From Chloroflexales bacterium (GTDB lineage Bacteria; Chloroflexota; Chloroflexia; Chloroflexales; Chloroflexaceae), in assembly GCA_013336035.1 (NCBI GenBank), contig JAAXUL010000001.1:1-37112 (forward strand): a DNA stretch of 37,112 bases, in the 5' to 3' direction. A program made the translations under genes and the position numbers. The notes under the pieces were generated by a model. That model searched no databases. It worked only from the letters and a program-made list of their open reading frames with translations, and was not told where the DNA came from. Below, piece by piece: positions 1 to 14,120 of the stretch. Every line of letters starts with the position of its first letter. Within the stretch, counting starts at the first letter, position 1.

Positions 1-877
1 CACGCTGATCGACTTCAACAAGGTCGACCCGCCCGCCACGCCGCTGGTCGCGATCTATCCGAAAGAGGGCACCTTCTGGCACGATGACCCATTCATCGTG
101 CTGAGCAGCGCCAGCGCGGAGGAGCGGCAGGCGGCGGACCTGTTCTACAAATTCCTGCTCGGCGATGAGGCCCAGCGCTCGGCGATGGGCTTCGGCTTCC
201 GCCCGGCTAATATCAATGTGCCCCTGGCCGACCCGATCAGCGCGGCCTATGGGGTCGACCCCACCGGCGTGCAGACCATCCTCGAGGTGCCTACGGCTGA
301 GGTGATCGTGGCCGCCAAGAACGCCTGGTCGGTCAACCGCAAGCGGGCCGATATTATGCTCGTGGTCGACACCTCGGGCTCGATGGAGGGCGAGAAGCTG
401 TCGCTTGTCCAGGCGGGCCTGGCAACCTTCCTGATGCGCATCCTGCCCGAGGACCGGGTCGGCCTGATCACCTTCGACTCGGAGGCCCGGGTCGTGACGC
501 CCCTGGCGCCCCTGCAAGAGAACCGCGACCAGATCCAGGACGCGGTGGGCTCGATGCGGGCCCGCGGCAAGACGGCGGTGTTCGACGCCCTTGATCTGGC
601 ACGGCGCGAGATCGAGGCGCTGCCGCCTAGTGAGGACGACCGTATCAGCGCGATTGTCTTGCTCTCGGACGGCGCCGACAATTCGAGCTCGGCCACGCTC
701 GACCAGCTCCGCGCCAGCTTTGACGAGTCGGGGATCAGCATCTTCCCCGTGGCCTACGGCGCCGACGCCGACGTGACTATTGTCGAGGCCATCGCCGACT
801 TCTCGCGCACCATGGTGGTCAAGGGAGACACCGGCGACATCGCCCAGATCTTCGAGAATCTGAGCCGTTATTTCTGA
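1..877 (+). CDS. VWA-domain protein with upstream solute-binding-like domain (5' truncated by window edge)
   Basis: Frame is open from base 2 (TLIDFNKVDPPATPLVAIYPKEGTFWHDDPF), resembling the end of an ABC substrate-binding domain; MIDAS motif DTSGS, then GKTAVFDA and LLSDG of a C-terminal VWA domain. Confidence 0.85.
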   Translation, partial: TLIDFNKVDPPATPLVAIYPKEGTFWHDDPFIVLSSASAEERQAADLFYKFLLGDEAQRSAMGFGFRPANINVPLADPISAAYGVDPTGVQTILEVPTAEVIVAAKNAWSVNRKRADIMLVVDTSGSMEGEKLSLVQAGLATFLMRILPEDRVGLITFDSEARVVTPLAPLQENRDQIQDAVGSMRARGKTAVFDALDLARREIEALPPSEDDRISAIVLLSDGADNSSSATLDQLRASFDESGISIFPVAYGADADVTIVEAIADFSRTMVVKGDTGDIAQIFENLSRYF

Positions 878-912
878 CCGGGCAAGTTTCACCCAACTGC
901 AAGCTATGCCAC

Positions 913-942
913 TTGACAGGGGGCCCGCTAGCGCCATAGGAT
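913..942 (+). promoter_or_regulatory. sigma70-type promoter for the histidine kinase gene
   Basis: TTGACA (913-918), 18 nt spacer, TAGGAT (937-942). Confidence 0.55.
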
Positions 943-1007
943 GGGCGAGTGGTGTCAGAGATGGGCCCCACCCCTGAACGGTGCGACGATGGATGACGGA
1001 CGGTGGT

Positions 1008-2459
<1,452 letters not shown>

Positions 2460-2527
2460 ACTATGTAATGTTGTGCTATACTGCCGGTCCTTGCAATACT
2501 ATGGGAGGGCCGGATCAGGATGTGGCT

Positions 2528-2899
2528 ATGGCGCGAGTGCTGCTGGTCGACGATGTCTATACAGCTCGCTCGATGGTCGAGCGCGTGCTGTCGCGGGTCG
2601 GGGGATACGAGGTGCGGTCGGTGGGTAGCGGCGCCGAGGCAGTGGCCGTAGCTCTGGCAACGCCGCCCGATGTGATCATTCTCGACATCAGCATGGCCGG
2701 CATGGACGGCCCCACGACGCTGCGCGAGCTACGCGCCCGTGGTGTCACCTGTCCGATCGTCGCCTACACAGCGCGCAGCGAGCGGCGCCCCGGCGAGTTT
2801 GTCGCCCAGGGGTTCGACGCCTATATCTCGAAGAACGGGAACCTGGGCGATCTGCTCACGCGGGTGCGCGAGATAGTTGGGACTGACTCGGCGGGGTAG
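2528..2899 (+). CDS. Single-domain CheY-like response regulator
   Basis: VLLVDD, phosphoacceptor in IILDISMAGMDG, conserved T (YTA) and K (ISK); no output domain; extended -10 TGCTATACT at 2474-2482. Confidence 0.9.
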   Translation: MARVLLVDDVYTARSMVERVLSRVGGYEVRSVGSGAEAVAVALATPPDVIILDISMAGMDGPTTLRELRARGVTCPIVAYTARSERRPGEFVAQGFDAYISKNGNLGDLLTRVREIVGTDSAG

Positions 2900-3005
2900 C
2901 CGCGCCGAAGCCAGGTCGGGTGTTTGTGCCTGATGGCTCAATGAATTCAATCCGAAAACGGGGTTCTTTTACAAAACATAGATCCGATAGGTCATATACT
3001 TTGTA

Positions 3006-3034
3006 TTAACAAAATCCGCTGCTTGTAGTAGAAT
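3006..3034 (+). promoter_or_regulatory. sigma70-type promoter upstream of the Phd-like gene
   Basis: TTAACA (3006-3011), 17 nt spacer, TAGAAT (3029-3034) in AT-rich intergenic DNA. Confidence 0.5.
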
Positions 3035-3228
3035 ATAGGTGTGTCCTCACGGCGTCCGCATTGCTGAAAAGAATGTCGCCTCCCGCTGTGCGAGAACGCC
3101 GCCTTTGCTCGTTAGTTTAAGTCCCGCGTCAGACTTGGGGGGCGTAGCGAGTATGGGCGTGCCAGTCTCTTCACTAGACGACTCTCCCGGCCGCGCGCGT
3201 CGCCGAATCTTTTTGAGTGGAGGCTATT

Positions 3229-3489
3229 ATGGTTGACCTGAAGAAGTATACGCTGGACGTCGATCTGAAGCAGGGCGTGGTTCCGATCTCGAAGGCGGCC
3301 TCGTCGCTGGCCGCCCTGATCAAGCGCTCGCGCGCGAACCATCAGCCCATTATTGTCACCCAGAAGGGCTATCCGACCGGGGTGATCCTCGACGTTGAGC
3401 TATTCACGGCCCTGCGCCAACTCGCCGACCTGCACATCGAGGAGGGCGAGGAGGTCGAGGTCGTCACCGACGAAGTGACCGACAAGTAG
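3229..3489 (+). CDS. Phd/YefM-family antitoxin-like protein (no adjacent toxin)
   Basis: VVPISKAASSLAALIKRSRANHQPIIVTQKGYPTGVILDVELF follows the Phd DNA-binding pattern; RBS GGAGG at 3219-3223; acidic tail. Confidence 0.75.
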   Translation: MVDLKKYTLDVDLKQGVVPISKAASSLAALIKRSRANHQPIIVTQKGYPTGVILDVELFTALRQLADLHIEEGEEVEVVTDEVTDK

Positions 3490-3580
3490 CTCTAATATAG
3501 ACTGATAGCGCACGAGGGGTGCGGGCCCAAGCCCGTAACCTTCGTGCGTTTTATTTTGTATTGCCGCGTCACGATCGCCC

Positions 3581-3609
3581 TTGCGGCGGTGCTTAAAGAG
3601 TGATATACT
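3581..3609 (+). promoter_or_regulatory. Promoter for marR (possibly also lon)
   Basis: TTGCGG, 17 nt spacer, TATACT with extended TG; short inverted repeat GAGT-N5-ACTC overlaps the -10 element. Confidence 0.45.
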
Positions 3610-3655
3610 CAAGGTTATAGATTATCAGTAGGGTCGAGGAACGTCAGGACTACCT

Positions 3656-4159
3656 ATGACCCAGGTGCATCGCGAGCAGCCGCCCCGAGCTGAGCGCACC
3701 GCGCTCGAAGAGATCGAGCGCTCGATCATGCAGATCAGCTGGCTGGCCCAGCGCCAGTTCATGCAGCTCCTCGACGAGGATCGCTTTCGCATGACGCTGC
3801 CGCAGTTCTATACCTTGCTCCACCTCGAGCAGACCAACGAGGCCTGCAAGATGTCGGACCTGGCTGAGGCGACCCACCAGTCGGCGGCCTCGCTTACCGG
3901 CGTCGTCGACCGCCTGCGCGACAAGCAGCTGATCGAGCGCCTCCGTGACGAGAAGGACCGGCGCCAGGTGATGGTGGCCGTCACGCCGCAGGGCCGCGAG
4001 CTGATCACAGAGATCAAGCAGGCCCGGCGCGAGCAGATGCAGATGGCCCTTGCCCATCTGCTCGAGCCCGAGGTAGAGGCCCTGATCCTACTGCTCGACC
4101 GGGTGCTCGCGGGCATGGTCCGCGCCCTCGAGCGGGCAGAGAACGGCAGGCTGGCCTAG
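3656..4159 (+). CDS. MarR-family transcriptional regulator
   Basis: MTLPQFYTLLHL, SDLAEATHQSAASLTGVVDRL and ERLRDEKDRRQVMVAVTPQG form the winged-helix signature. Confidence 0.92.
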   Translation: MTQVHREQPPRAERTALEEIERSIMQISWLAQRQFMQLLDEDRFRMTLPQFYTLLHLEQTNEACKMSDLAEATHQSAASLTGVVDRLRDKQLIERLRDEKDRRQVMVAVTPQGRELITEIKQARREQMQMALAHLLEPEVEALILLLDRVLAGMVRALERAENGRLA

Positions 4160-4293
4160 GAATGTATAACGTACATGCAGGGTGTAAGGCATGGGCTGGT
4201 CGGCGCGACGGCGCGCGGATCTGGCTCGATACATTCTCGATACATGAGTGATCGACACTGTAGAGCATTGCTGACATTAAGTGAGGAATCTTG

Positions 4294-6738
<2,445 letters not shown>

Positions 6739-6767
6739 CCTGGCCCGACAAGGCCCCTGGAGATAGA

Positions 6768-6797
6768 CGACGCCCCCCTTCTTGAAGGGGGGCGTCG
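6768..6797. terminator. Hairpin between convergent lon and secreted-protein gene
   Basis: 13-bp perfect stem CGACGCCCCCCTT / AAGGGGGGCGTCG with loop CTTG. Confidence 0.7.
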
Positions 6798-6824
6798 CTG
6801 CGCGCCGGGGGCGATGGGGACGGC

Positions 6825-8423
6825 CTAGCGGATGGTGAAGGTGGCCACGGCGGTGAACTCAGTCCAGTGGCCGTAGTAGACGAGCGAGTAGGTGCCGGCG
6901 GGCAGGTCGGTGCTGTCGAGATCAATCGTCAGGCGGCCTTCGCTGTCGGCTCTGTAGGTCGGCTCGCCGGCGACGGTGCCGTCGGGCAGGTTGTACCAGA
7001 CGCCGACGGGCTCGTCGGGGGCGAACAGTACGCTGTCGAACGTGAAGGTGGCGCCGGCCTGCTCGCTGGCCGGGCTGACCTCGAGGTTGTAGAGGGCCGA
7101 GGTGCTGAGGGCAGGGCCCACGATGGTGAGCGGCTGGTTGCTGATGTGCTCGCCGCTGCCGGAGTTGTCGTGCCAGCGCACGGTGGCTCGGTCGAACAGA
7201 AGGGCGCCGTCGGCGGCGGTGGGCAGCACGCGGAAGCGCACCGTGCCAGTGACGACATCGGTCGTGCCGCTGCTGTCGCCGCCAAGGGTCCCCATCTCGA
7301 TGGTAAGAGCGTTGCTGATCGCAGAGCTGACCCATGCGCCGGGGCGGCTAAAGCTTGCGTCGAGCACGCTGAGCTCGGCAGGGTCGAAGGGCAGGGTGAC
7401 CGTGGTAGTATTCGACCGGCCAGAGGCATGGTTGGCAACGGCGACAGTCACCGCAATAATGCTGTCGGTCGTGGCGACGGCGGTCGGCTCGGGGCGGAGG
7501 ACCACGCTCACGTTGGCCTTTGACGGCGGTCGGTCGGTGTTGTCTGTGGTCGGCGGAGTAGGCGTAATGCCCAGATCGCTTGCCAGGCCGAAGGCGCCGA
7601 TGCAGCTGACGCTTGTGGTCGCGCCTGCGGCGAGGGTGCGGTTGTACTGCAGGCCGGCGGCGATATCGTGGAACGTCTCGTTGATCGTGTTGTTGTAGCC
7701 AGGGCCGCTCGAGCCATTGGCGCCGCCCATGGTCGCCCAGAAGGTGCTGTATATGGCCTCCTGGAAGGCGTCAGCATGGGTGACAGGGATGAAGACCTGG
7801 ACAGAGCGGTGATCCTCGGACAGGGCGCCCACGGCGCCAGTGCTCTCGTCGTAGATGCCGTAGCCTAAGTCGCTGATATTGCCGGGGAAGTTCAGATAGA
7901 GATCGGCACCGTGATAGATGCGGATCGCGTGCGAGGCGCTCCCCGTGTTTGCGAGCGACACGTCAACCAGGTAGGAGCTCTCGCCGTTGACGTAGCTGGT
8001 CGTCTGGGTAACGCGAACCCCGGTGTTGCCCGCCTGGGCAACGGTCACAATCTTGAACGGGTTCGCCTGGGTGCCGTCGCCTGAGACGGCGCTGTTAGAG
8101 ACAGCTGTATATGGCAGAGGGGCAAAGTTGCCAGAGGCCGGGGGATCACTGCCGTAGACCGTGTTATCAACCTGGACAAACGTCCCGCCGGCTGTGTCGG
8201 CGAAGAACTGGGTCGCGCCGTTGTATTTCACGATCATCGAGAGATCGCTCAACACACTAATGCTCAGAGGTGAGCCAGTGATGGTTGAGGCGGCGGCGGG
8301 GGTGGCCTGAAGCTCGCCGCCTTTCTCTTGCGCCATCGTAAGAGCTGCGGGGCTCCCCAGACAGAGCAAGAGCGCAAAGATCAGGGCCGAGATAGACGTC
8401 ATGGTCCGCGCATGTCTACTCAT
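6825..8423 (-). CDS. Secreted/surface protein A: signal peptide, beta-rich passenger domain, Pro/Thr linker, shared C-terminal DUF11/Ig-like module
   Basis: RBS GAAGGAG; hydrophobic signal ending near TMA-Q; C-terminal ~230 aa align with protein B (PFDPAE, AWVS, FAPxEPxGVWYNxPDGTV, GHWxEFTA). Confidence 0.8.
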   Translation of the reverse strand: MSRHARTMTSISALIFALLLCLGSPAALTMAQEKGGELQATPAAASTITGSPLSISVLSDLSMIVKYNGATQFFADTAGGTFVQVDNTVYGSDPPASGNFAPLPYTAVSNSAVSGDGTQANPFKIVTVAQAGNTGVRVTQTTSYVNGESSYLVDVSLANTGSASHAIRIYHGADLYLNFPGNISDLGYGIYDESTGAVGALSEDHRSVQVFIPVTHADAFQEAIYSTFWATMGGANGSSGPGYNNTINETFHDIAAGLQYNRTLAAGATTSVSCIGAFGLASDLGITPTPPTTDNTDRPPSKANVSVVLRPEPTAVATTDSIIAVTVAVANHASGRSNTTTVTLPFDPAELSVLDASFSRPGAWVSSAISNALTIEMGTLGGDSSGTTDVVTGTVRFRVLPTAADGALLFDRATVRWHDNSGSGEHISNQPLTIVGPALSTSALYNLEVSPASEQAGATFTFDSVLFAPDEPVGVWYNLPDGTVAGEPTYRADSEGRLTIDLDSTDLPAGTYSLVYYGHWTEFTAVATFTIR

Positions 8424-8732
8424 TCAACACTGCTCCTTCATGGTCCTGCGGTGATGGCAGGGGCGAGGTATGGGAGCGTAGGCTCAGGCGTTGCCGGCGC
8501 GCGGGCGGCCTGGGCATACGAGGAGGGTGCCATGTCTTATTGCAATGATTGCTGAGTGGCTTGCCCATATGGCAGTTGCCTGTGCGGAAGCTATGCCCTG
8601 ATGGTTGAGGTTAAGACAAATGAAAAATATGTTATTTAGAGTTTAAAAGTAAAATAAATTCATAAGCTCTGCCGTGGTGAATTATAGTAGCATAGAGCGC
8701 ACATAGTTGTCAATCAATACCTCGACCCGGGG

Positions 8733-8771
8733 TGCAGCGCCCCCGCTCGGCAGCCGAGCGGGGGCATTGCA
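8733..8771 (-). terminator. Hairpin downstream of secreted protein B
   Basis: 12-bp perfect stem GCCCCCGCTCGG / CCGAGCGGGGGC (8739-8765), extendable. Confidence 0.65.
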
Positions 8772-8791
8772 GGCGAGTTATCGGGACGGGG

Positions 8792-10453
8792 CTACTTGGT
8801 GATAGTGAAGGGCACAACGGCGGTGAACTCGGACCAGTGGCCATAGAGGACAAACGAGTAGTCGCCGGGGGGCAGGTCGCTAGGGGTCTCAAACTCGGTC
8901 ACGATGCTGCCATCCTTGGCGGCCCGGAAGGTCTCGGCCTCTTCGCCGACGGTGCCGTCAGGCTTGTTATACCAGACACCGATGGGCTCGTTGGGGGCGA
9001 AGATGCCGCTCGAGAAGGTGAAGGTGCTGCCGGCCACGGCCGCGGGCGTGTCGACGCTGAGGGTGTAGGTGGGGCGGTGGTCGATGCTGTCGGCGACGGC
9101 CAGGATGGTGGTGTTGCTCAGGCCGGTGCCGCCGTCGGTGCCGTCGGCCCAGCGGTACGAGAGCTGGCTGCTGAGGTCGGTGCCGGGGGCGAGCGTCTCG
9201 ACTACCTGCATGCGCAGGGTGCCGGTGATGATGGTGTCGGCGCCGATCGGCCCGGTATTGATCGTGAGCGAGTCGGTCAGCACCTTGCTGACCCAGGCCT
9301 TCGCGGTGCTGAAGGTGGCGTCGATGACGCGCACCTCGGCGGGGTCGAAGGGCACAGTGATCGTGACGTCTTTGGCGTGGCCCTTATCGTAATTGCCCAC
9401 TACGATCTCGGTGCTGATGATGCTGCCGGGGGTGGTGCCGTGGTTGGCGGTGGGGCGCTGGACGACATAGATCAGCGCTGAATTCTTGGCGACCCGCTCG
9501 CTCTCGGGCAGCACAGGCGGCCCGGGCAGGCTCGGCGGCGCGGCGCCGGCAGGCAGGTTGATCGCCGCGACGATCAGCGAGAGGCAGTCCTCATCCGCGT
9601 TGACCGCAGCGCCTGAGGTGAGGGCCAGGGTACTCGTGCCGGGGGTAAGGGCGCTGGTAATATCAAACGACTTGATATCCCACAGTCCGCCGCTGGTGTT
9701 GCTGGCGCTGGCCCCGTTAGGGACGCTATTACCGCTAAAGATGGCCCCGCGCGCGGCCAGGGTCGTGCCGTTGAGCACCAGGGCAGGATCGTTGTATTCG
9801 GTGATCGCCGATGGTGCCTGGCCGTCGCTCACGTGTAGCTGGATGCTGGCGCTACCAGAGCTGTAGGTGATGCCGGGGAGGTTCACGTTCCAGCCCGATG
9901 CGTCGTAGGTGTTGTCGAAGTTCGAGTCGTTTCCGTCGAAGAGGACGATGTCGCGGTTGTTCGTGGCGTCGCCGTCATCGTAGAAGACGATGAGCGAGAC
10001 ACCATTAATATCGGCCGAGCTCTTCGTGAAGTTCGCGAGGGCGTAGCTGCCATTGCCGGCGACCTGCGAGGTCACATCGGCGCGGTAGGCCTGGCTATTA
10101 GAGAAACCCCAGCAGTTATCAGAGGAGAAACCGATGTTTGTGCCGGTGACTGTCGCGCCGCCGAAGGAGACGCTAGCGTTGGCAGTGGCGTTGGTTGAGT
10201 TGGTCGGCCCTTGCCAGTAAAGTAGCGCCTGGAGTACTGTGCCCGAGACCCCCGAGAGAGAGATTGATCCGGTGCCAGTGGTACGCATGCCGCCGTATCC
10301 GGCACTCGCCACATCGACGTTGGCGATGATGCGGTACGGCTGAATGTCGTTTGCTAGGGCTTGCTGTGGGGAGCCGCTCATCCCGGCGCAGAGAACGATC
10401 AACATGATCAGCGCGGACACGAGTCGTCCTGGACTCCAGCGGGAGCTAGTCAT
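8792..10453 (-). CDS. Secreted/surface protein B: signal peptide, DUF3344-like passenger, Pro linker, shared C-terminal module
   Basis: ATG at 10453 with RBS GAGGAG; signal ending ALA-N; motifs ALLYW, YRADVT and GVSLIVFY recall DUF3344-type domains; C-terminus paralogous to protein A. Confidence 0.8.
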   Translation of the reverse strand: MTSSRWSPGRLVSALIMLIVLCAGMSGSPQQALANDIQPYRIIANVDVASAGYGGMRTTGTGSISLSGVSGTVLQALLYWQGPTNSTNATANASVSFGGATVTGTNIGFSSDNCWGFSNSQAYRADVTSQVAGNGSYALANFTKSSADINGVSLIVFYDDGDATNNRDIVLFDGNDSNFDNTYDASGWNVNLPGITYSSGSASIQLHVSDGQAPSAITEYNDPALVLNGTTLAARGAIFSGNSVPNGASASNTSGGLWDIKSFDITSALTPGTSTLALTSGAAVNADEDCLSLIVAAINLPAGAAPPSLPGPPVLPESERVAKNSALIYVVQRPTANHGTTPGSIISTEIVVGNYDKGHAKDVTITVPFDPAEVRVIDATFSTAKAWVSKVLTDSLTINTGPIGADTIITGTLRMQVVETLAPGTDLSSQLSYRWADGTDGGTGLSNTTILAVADSIDHRPTYTLSVDTPAAVAGSTFTFSSGIFAPNEPIGVWYNKPDGTVGEEAETFRAAKDGSIVTEFETPSDLPPGDYSFVLYGHWSEFTAVVPFTITK

Positions 10454-10746
10454 AGCTTCAGGTCTCCTCAAAGTCTACTCGGTGATCGATGAGTATGGGG
10501 TGAGATATACTTTGTAATAGCTCTAAAAATAGAGCTGATCTCACCTGGAAAAAGTGAAGGTTAGTATTGTGAGTAGATGAGTCTGGGCACCTCCATTCAT
10601 ATTACAGAGTTTTAACCATTGGGGCCGCCCGCGCATGAGCTTGAAGCTACGTGCAGATGCTTCATGCCACACTGCAAAGCTCCGCGTAAATTACCTTACT
10701 CAACTAAAGAAAAGAAGAATAACTTTTAAGCTGGAATATGCTCAGA

Positions 10747-10776
10747 ACAGTAGCACAAAAAAGACACCTTTGTCAA
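10747..10776 (-). promoter_or_regulatory. sigma70-type promoter for the secreted-protein genes
   Basis: Minus strand TTGACA (10776-10771), 18 nt spacer, TACTGT with extended TG. Confidence 0.5.
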
Positions 10777-10849
10777 GCCGCATCCCCAGCGTTGGGTTGG
10801 GGTATACTGATGGCACGCAGCTCTCACCTGCAGCGAGGAGGTGTGCACA

Positions 10850-11767
10850 ATGTTTAAAGCGATCATGGTGCCCCTGGATGGCTCATCGATGGCCGAGCAG
10901 GCCCTGCCGATGGCGGCACGGGTCGCCCGGGCAACAGGGGCGGCTCTGCACCTGGTACATGTGCATGTGGCGGCGAGCCGCGACCCGATCTCGATCGAGG
11001 GGCTGCCCGTTGTAGACGAGGAGCTGCGCTCGCTGGCCGCCGAGCACGAGCGGGTCTACCTCGAGCGGGTGGCGGCGACAGTGGCCGGCGATAGGCTGCG
11101 CCCGATCGTGACGCGGCTCGATGGCGGCGTAGTGCATGTCCTCACCAGCTATGCGCGCGATATCCAGGCCGGCCTGATCATCATGACGACCCATGGGCGC
11201 AGCGGCTTTGCCCATCTCTGGCTGGGCAGCGTGGCCGAGGCTCTGGTGCGGGTGACCGGCACGCCGCTACTGCTGCTGCGGCCCAACGCGCAGGGTGTGC
11301 TTATCGATAGGCCCTTCAAGCGCGTGCTGATCCCCCTCGACGGCTCGCCTCTGGCCGAGGAGATCCTGTCCCACGCGGTGGCTCTGGCCAGCCTCGACGG
11401 CGGCGAGGTGGTGGCCCTGCGCGTGATCGATACCTTGCCCGTGCCCGCCGCGATGCCATTCCATGAGCGCTTCCGCATCGACGAGGGTACCCTGGCGCGC
11501 GAGCGGGCCGAGGCCGAGCTGTACCTCCAGCGGGTTGTGGCTAAGCTGGCGCCTGCCATTGTCCACCCGCGGGTGATCGACGCCGAGCAGCCGGCGCGGG
11601 CCATCCTCGAGACCGCCACGGCGGTCGGCGCCGACCTGGTGGCCGTCACGACCCACGGGCGCAGCGCCGTGACCCGCGTGCCGATCAGCAGTGTCACCGA
11701 TAAGGTGCTGCGCGCGGCGACCCAGCCGCTGCTCATCCTGCGCCCCGGGATGCACCACGTCGACTGA
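10850..11767 (+). CDS. Universal stress protein with two USP domains
   Basis: IMVPLDGS and VLIPLDGS; MTTHGRSG..LGSVAEALV and VTTHGRS..SSVTDKVL; RBS AGGAGG. Confidence 0.95.
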   Translation: MFKAIMVPLDGSSMAEQALPMAARVARATGAALHLVHVHVAASRDPISIEGLPVVDEELRSLAAEHERVYLERVAATVAGDRLRPIVTRLDGGVVHVLTSYARDIQAGLIIMTTHGRSGFAHLWLGSVAEALVRVTGTPLLLLRPNAQGVLIDRPFKRVLIPLDGSPLAEEILSHAVALASLDGGEVVALRVIDTLPVPAAMPFHERFRIDEGTLARERAEAELYLQRVVAKLAPAIVHPRVIDAEQPARAILETATAVGADLVAVTTHGRSAVTRVPISSVTDKVLRAATQPLLILRPGMHHVD

Positions 11768-11820
11768 GGGCGGGCCTGCCGGCTCGGGCGTAGCGAGGGG
11801 AGGGCAAGTCAGACGAAACA

Positions 11821-11854
11821 CAGCGCCCCGCTTCCTGTGAGAAGCGGGGCGCTG
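11821..11854. terminator. Hairpin between USP and the convergent gene remnant
   Basis: 14-bp perfect stem CAGCGCCCCGCTTC / GAAGCGGGGCGCTG. Confidence 0.7.
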
Positions 11855-11896
11855 GTCTGTAGGCGCCCAGTGTGGGCGGCCCGGTGCGGGCCAGAG

Positions 11897-11975
11897 CTAC
11901 TTGGTGATGGTGAAGGGGATGACGGCGGTGAACTCGGTCCAATGGCTGTAGAAGACCTTCCTGGTATGTTGACGG
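11897..11975 (-). pseudogene. Remnant 3' end of a third secreted-protein paralog
   Basis: 11956 to 11897 translates VFYSHWTEFTAVIPFTITK-stop, versus VLYGHWSEFTAVVPFTITK-stop in protein B; a 1-nt frameshift extends it upstream to PSTYQ (compare AGTYS). Confidence 0.8.
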
Positions 11976-12057
11976 GACCATGCCCGAGTGATGACGACCC
12001 ATAGTTGAGCTGTGATTAGAATAGCTCGGAAGCGAGGTGATTAAAGGATGATATTAA

Positions 12058-13485
<1,428 letters not shown>

Positions 13486-13506
13486 CAGGCCGGGCGCGCA
13501 ACCCGC

Positions 13507-14097
13507 CTAGCGAAACCTGTCGATGATCTCGCGCAGGAAGGACTCGTCGGGGCGCGCCTGCCAGCTGTGGACCACGCTGGTCCGCATGAGCAGATCGTGC
13601 CAGGCGCGCCGCTGGTCGTCGACCAGCACATTAAGGAAGCCGACATAGAGCGGTAGTGATGATAGGGCGTAGGCCAGGACGCGTAGGGCGGCCTGGCCTA
13701 CGCTTATTGGCTTGCCGTCAGCGCGGACCACGCGCAGCCCCAGCAGGTGCTTGCCGAGCGTGGCCCCGCCGAAGCTGTAGAGGACCGTGAAGTAGATGAA
13801 GCCCAGGCTCAGCAGGACGATGACATCGAAGGTCGCGGTGACGAGGAATTTTTGCACCGGCGTGACCCAGGTGAAGTAGTCGCCGAGCAGCCCCATGATG
13901 GCGCTGATGCCCGAGGTCTGGCTGATAAAGCGCGACGAAACATTGAGGGTTAGCCATATGCCGAAGATGATCAGCAGGTCTACAACCATGGCCATCATGC
14001 GCGACACAAACCCCGCGTAGGCCATGAAGACGGGCCCGCGCCGGCGCAGCCGCACCCTGCCCGTCAGCGGCTCTCTGGACACACTATGCTCAGGCAT
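13507..14097 (-). CDS. RDD-family membrane protein
   Basis: YAGFVSRMMAMVVD, GATLGKHLLGLRVV, RRAWHD motifs. Confidence 0.9.
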   Translation of the reverse strand: MPEHSVSREPLTGRVRLRRRGPVFMAYAGFVSRMMAMVVDLLIIFGIWLTLNVSSRFISQTSGISAIMGLLGDYFTWVTPVQKFLVTATFDVIVLLSLGFIYFTVLYSFGGATLGKHLLGLRVVRADGKPISVGQAALRVLAYALSSLPLYVGFLNVLVDDQRRAWHDLLMRTSVVHSWQARPDESFLREIIDRFR

Positions 14098-14120
14098 GCC
14101 AGGCCTCCTATCAGCGCGGC

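Noticed and set aside
2994..3005. 12-bp ATATACTTTGTA repeated at 10505-10516
   Set aside because: Short AT-rich match between AT-rich intergenic regions in opposite gene contexts; compatible with chance
3039..3236. 65-aa ORF upstream of the Phd-like gene as a possible toxin
   Set aside because: No RBS, no toxin motif, atypical codon use; more likely untranslated leader
3592..3613. Possible HspR HAIR site upstream of marR-lon
   Set aside because: Only one half-site (ACTCAAG) matches; the other arm and spacing do not fit CTTGAGT-N7-ACTCAAG
10635..11015. 126-aa ORF overlapping the USP promoter region
   Set aside because: Spans AT-rich promoter DNA and overlaps usp out of frame; no coding signature
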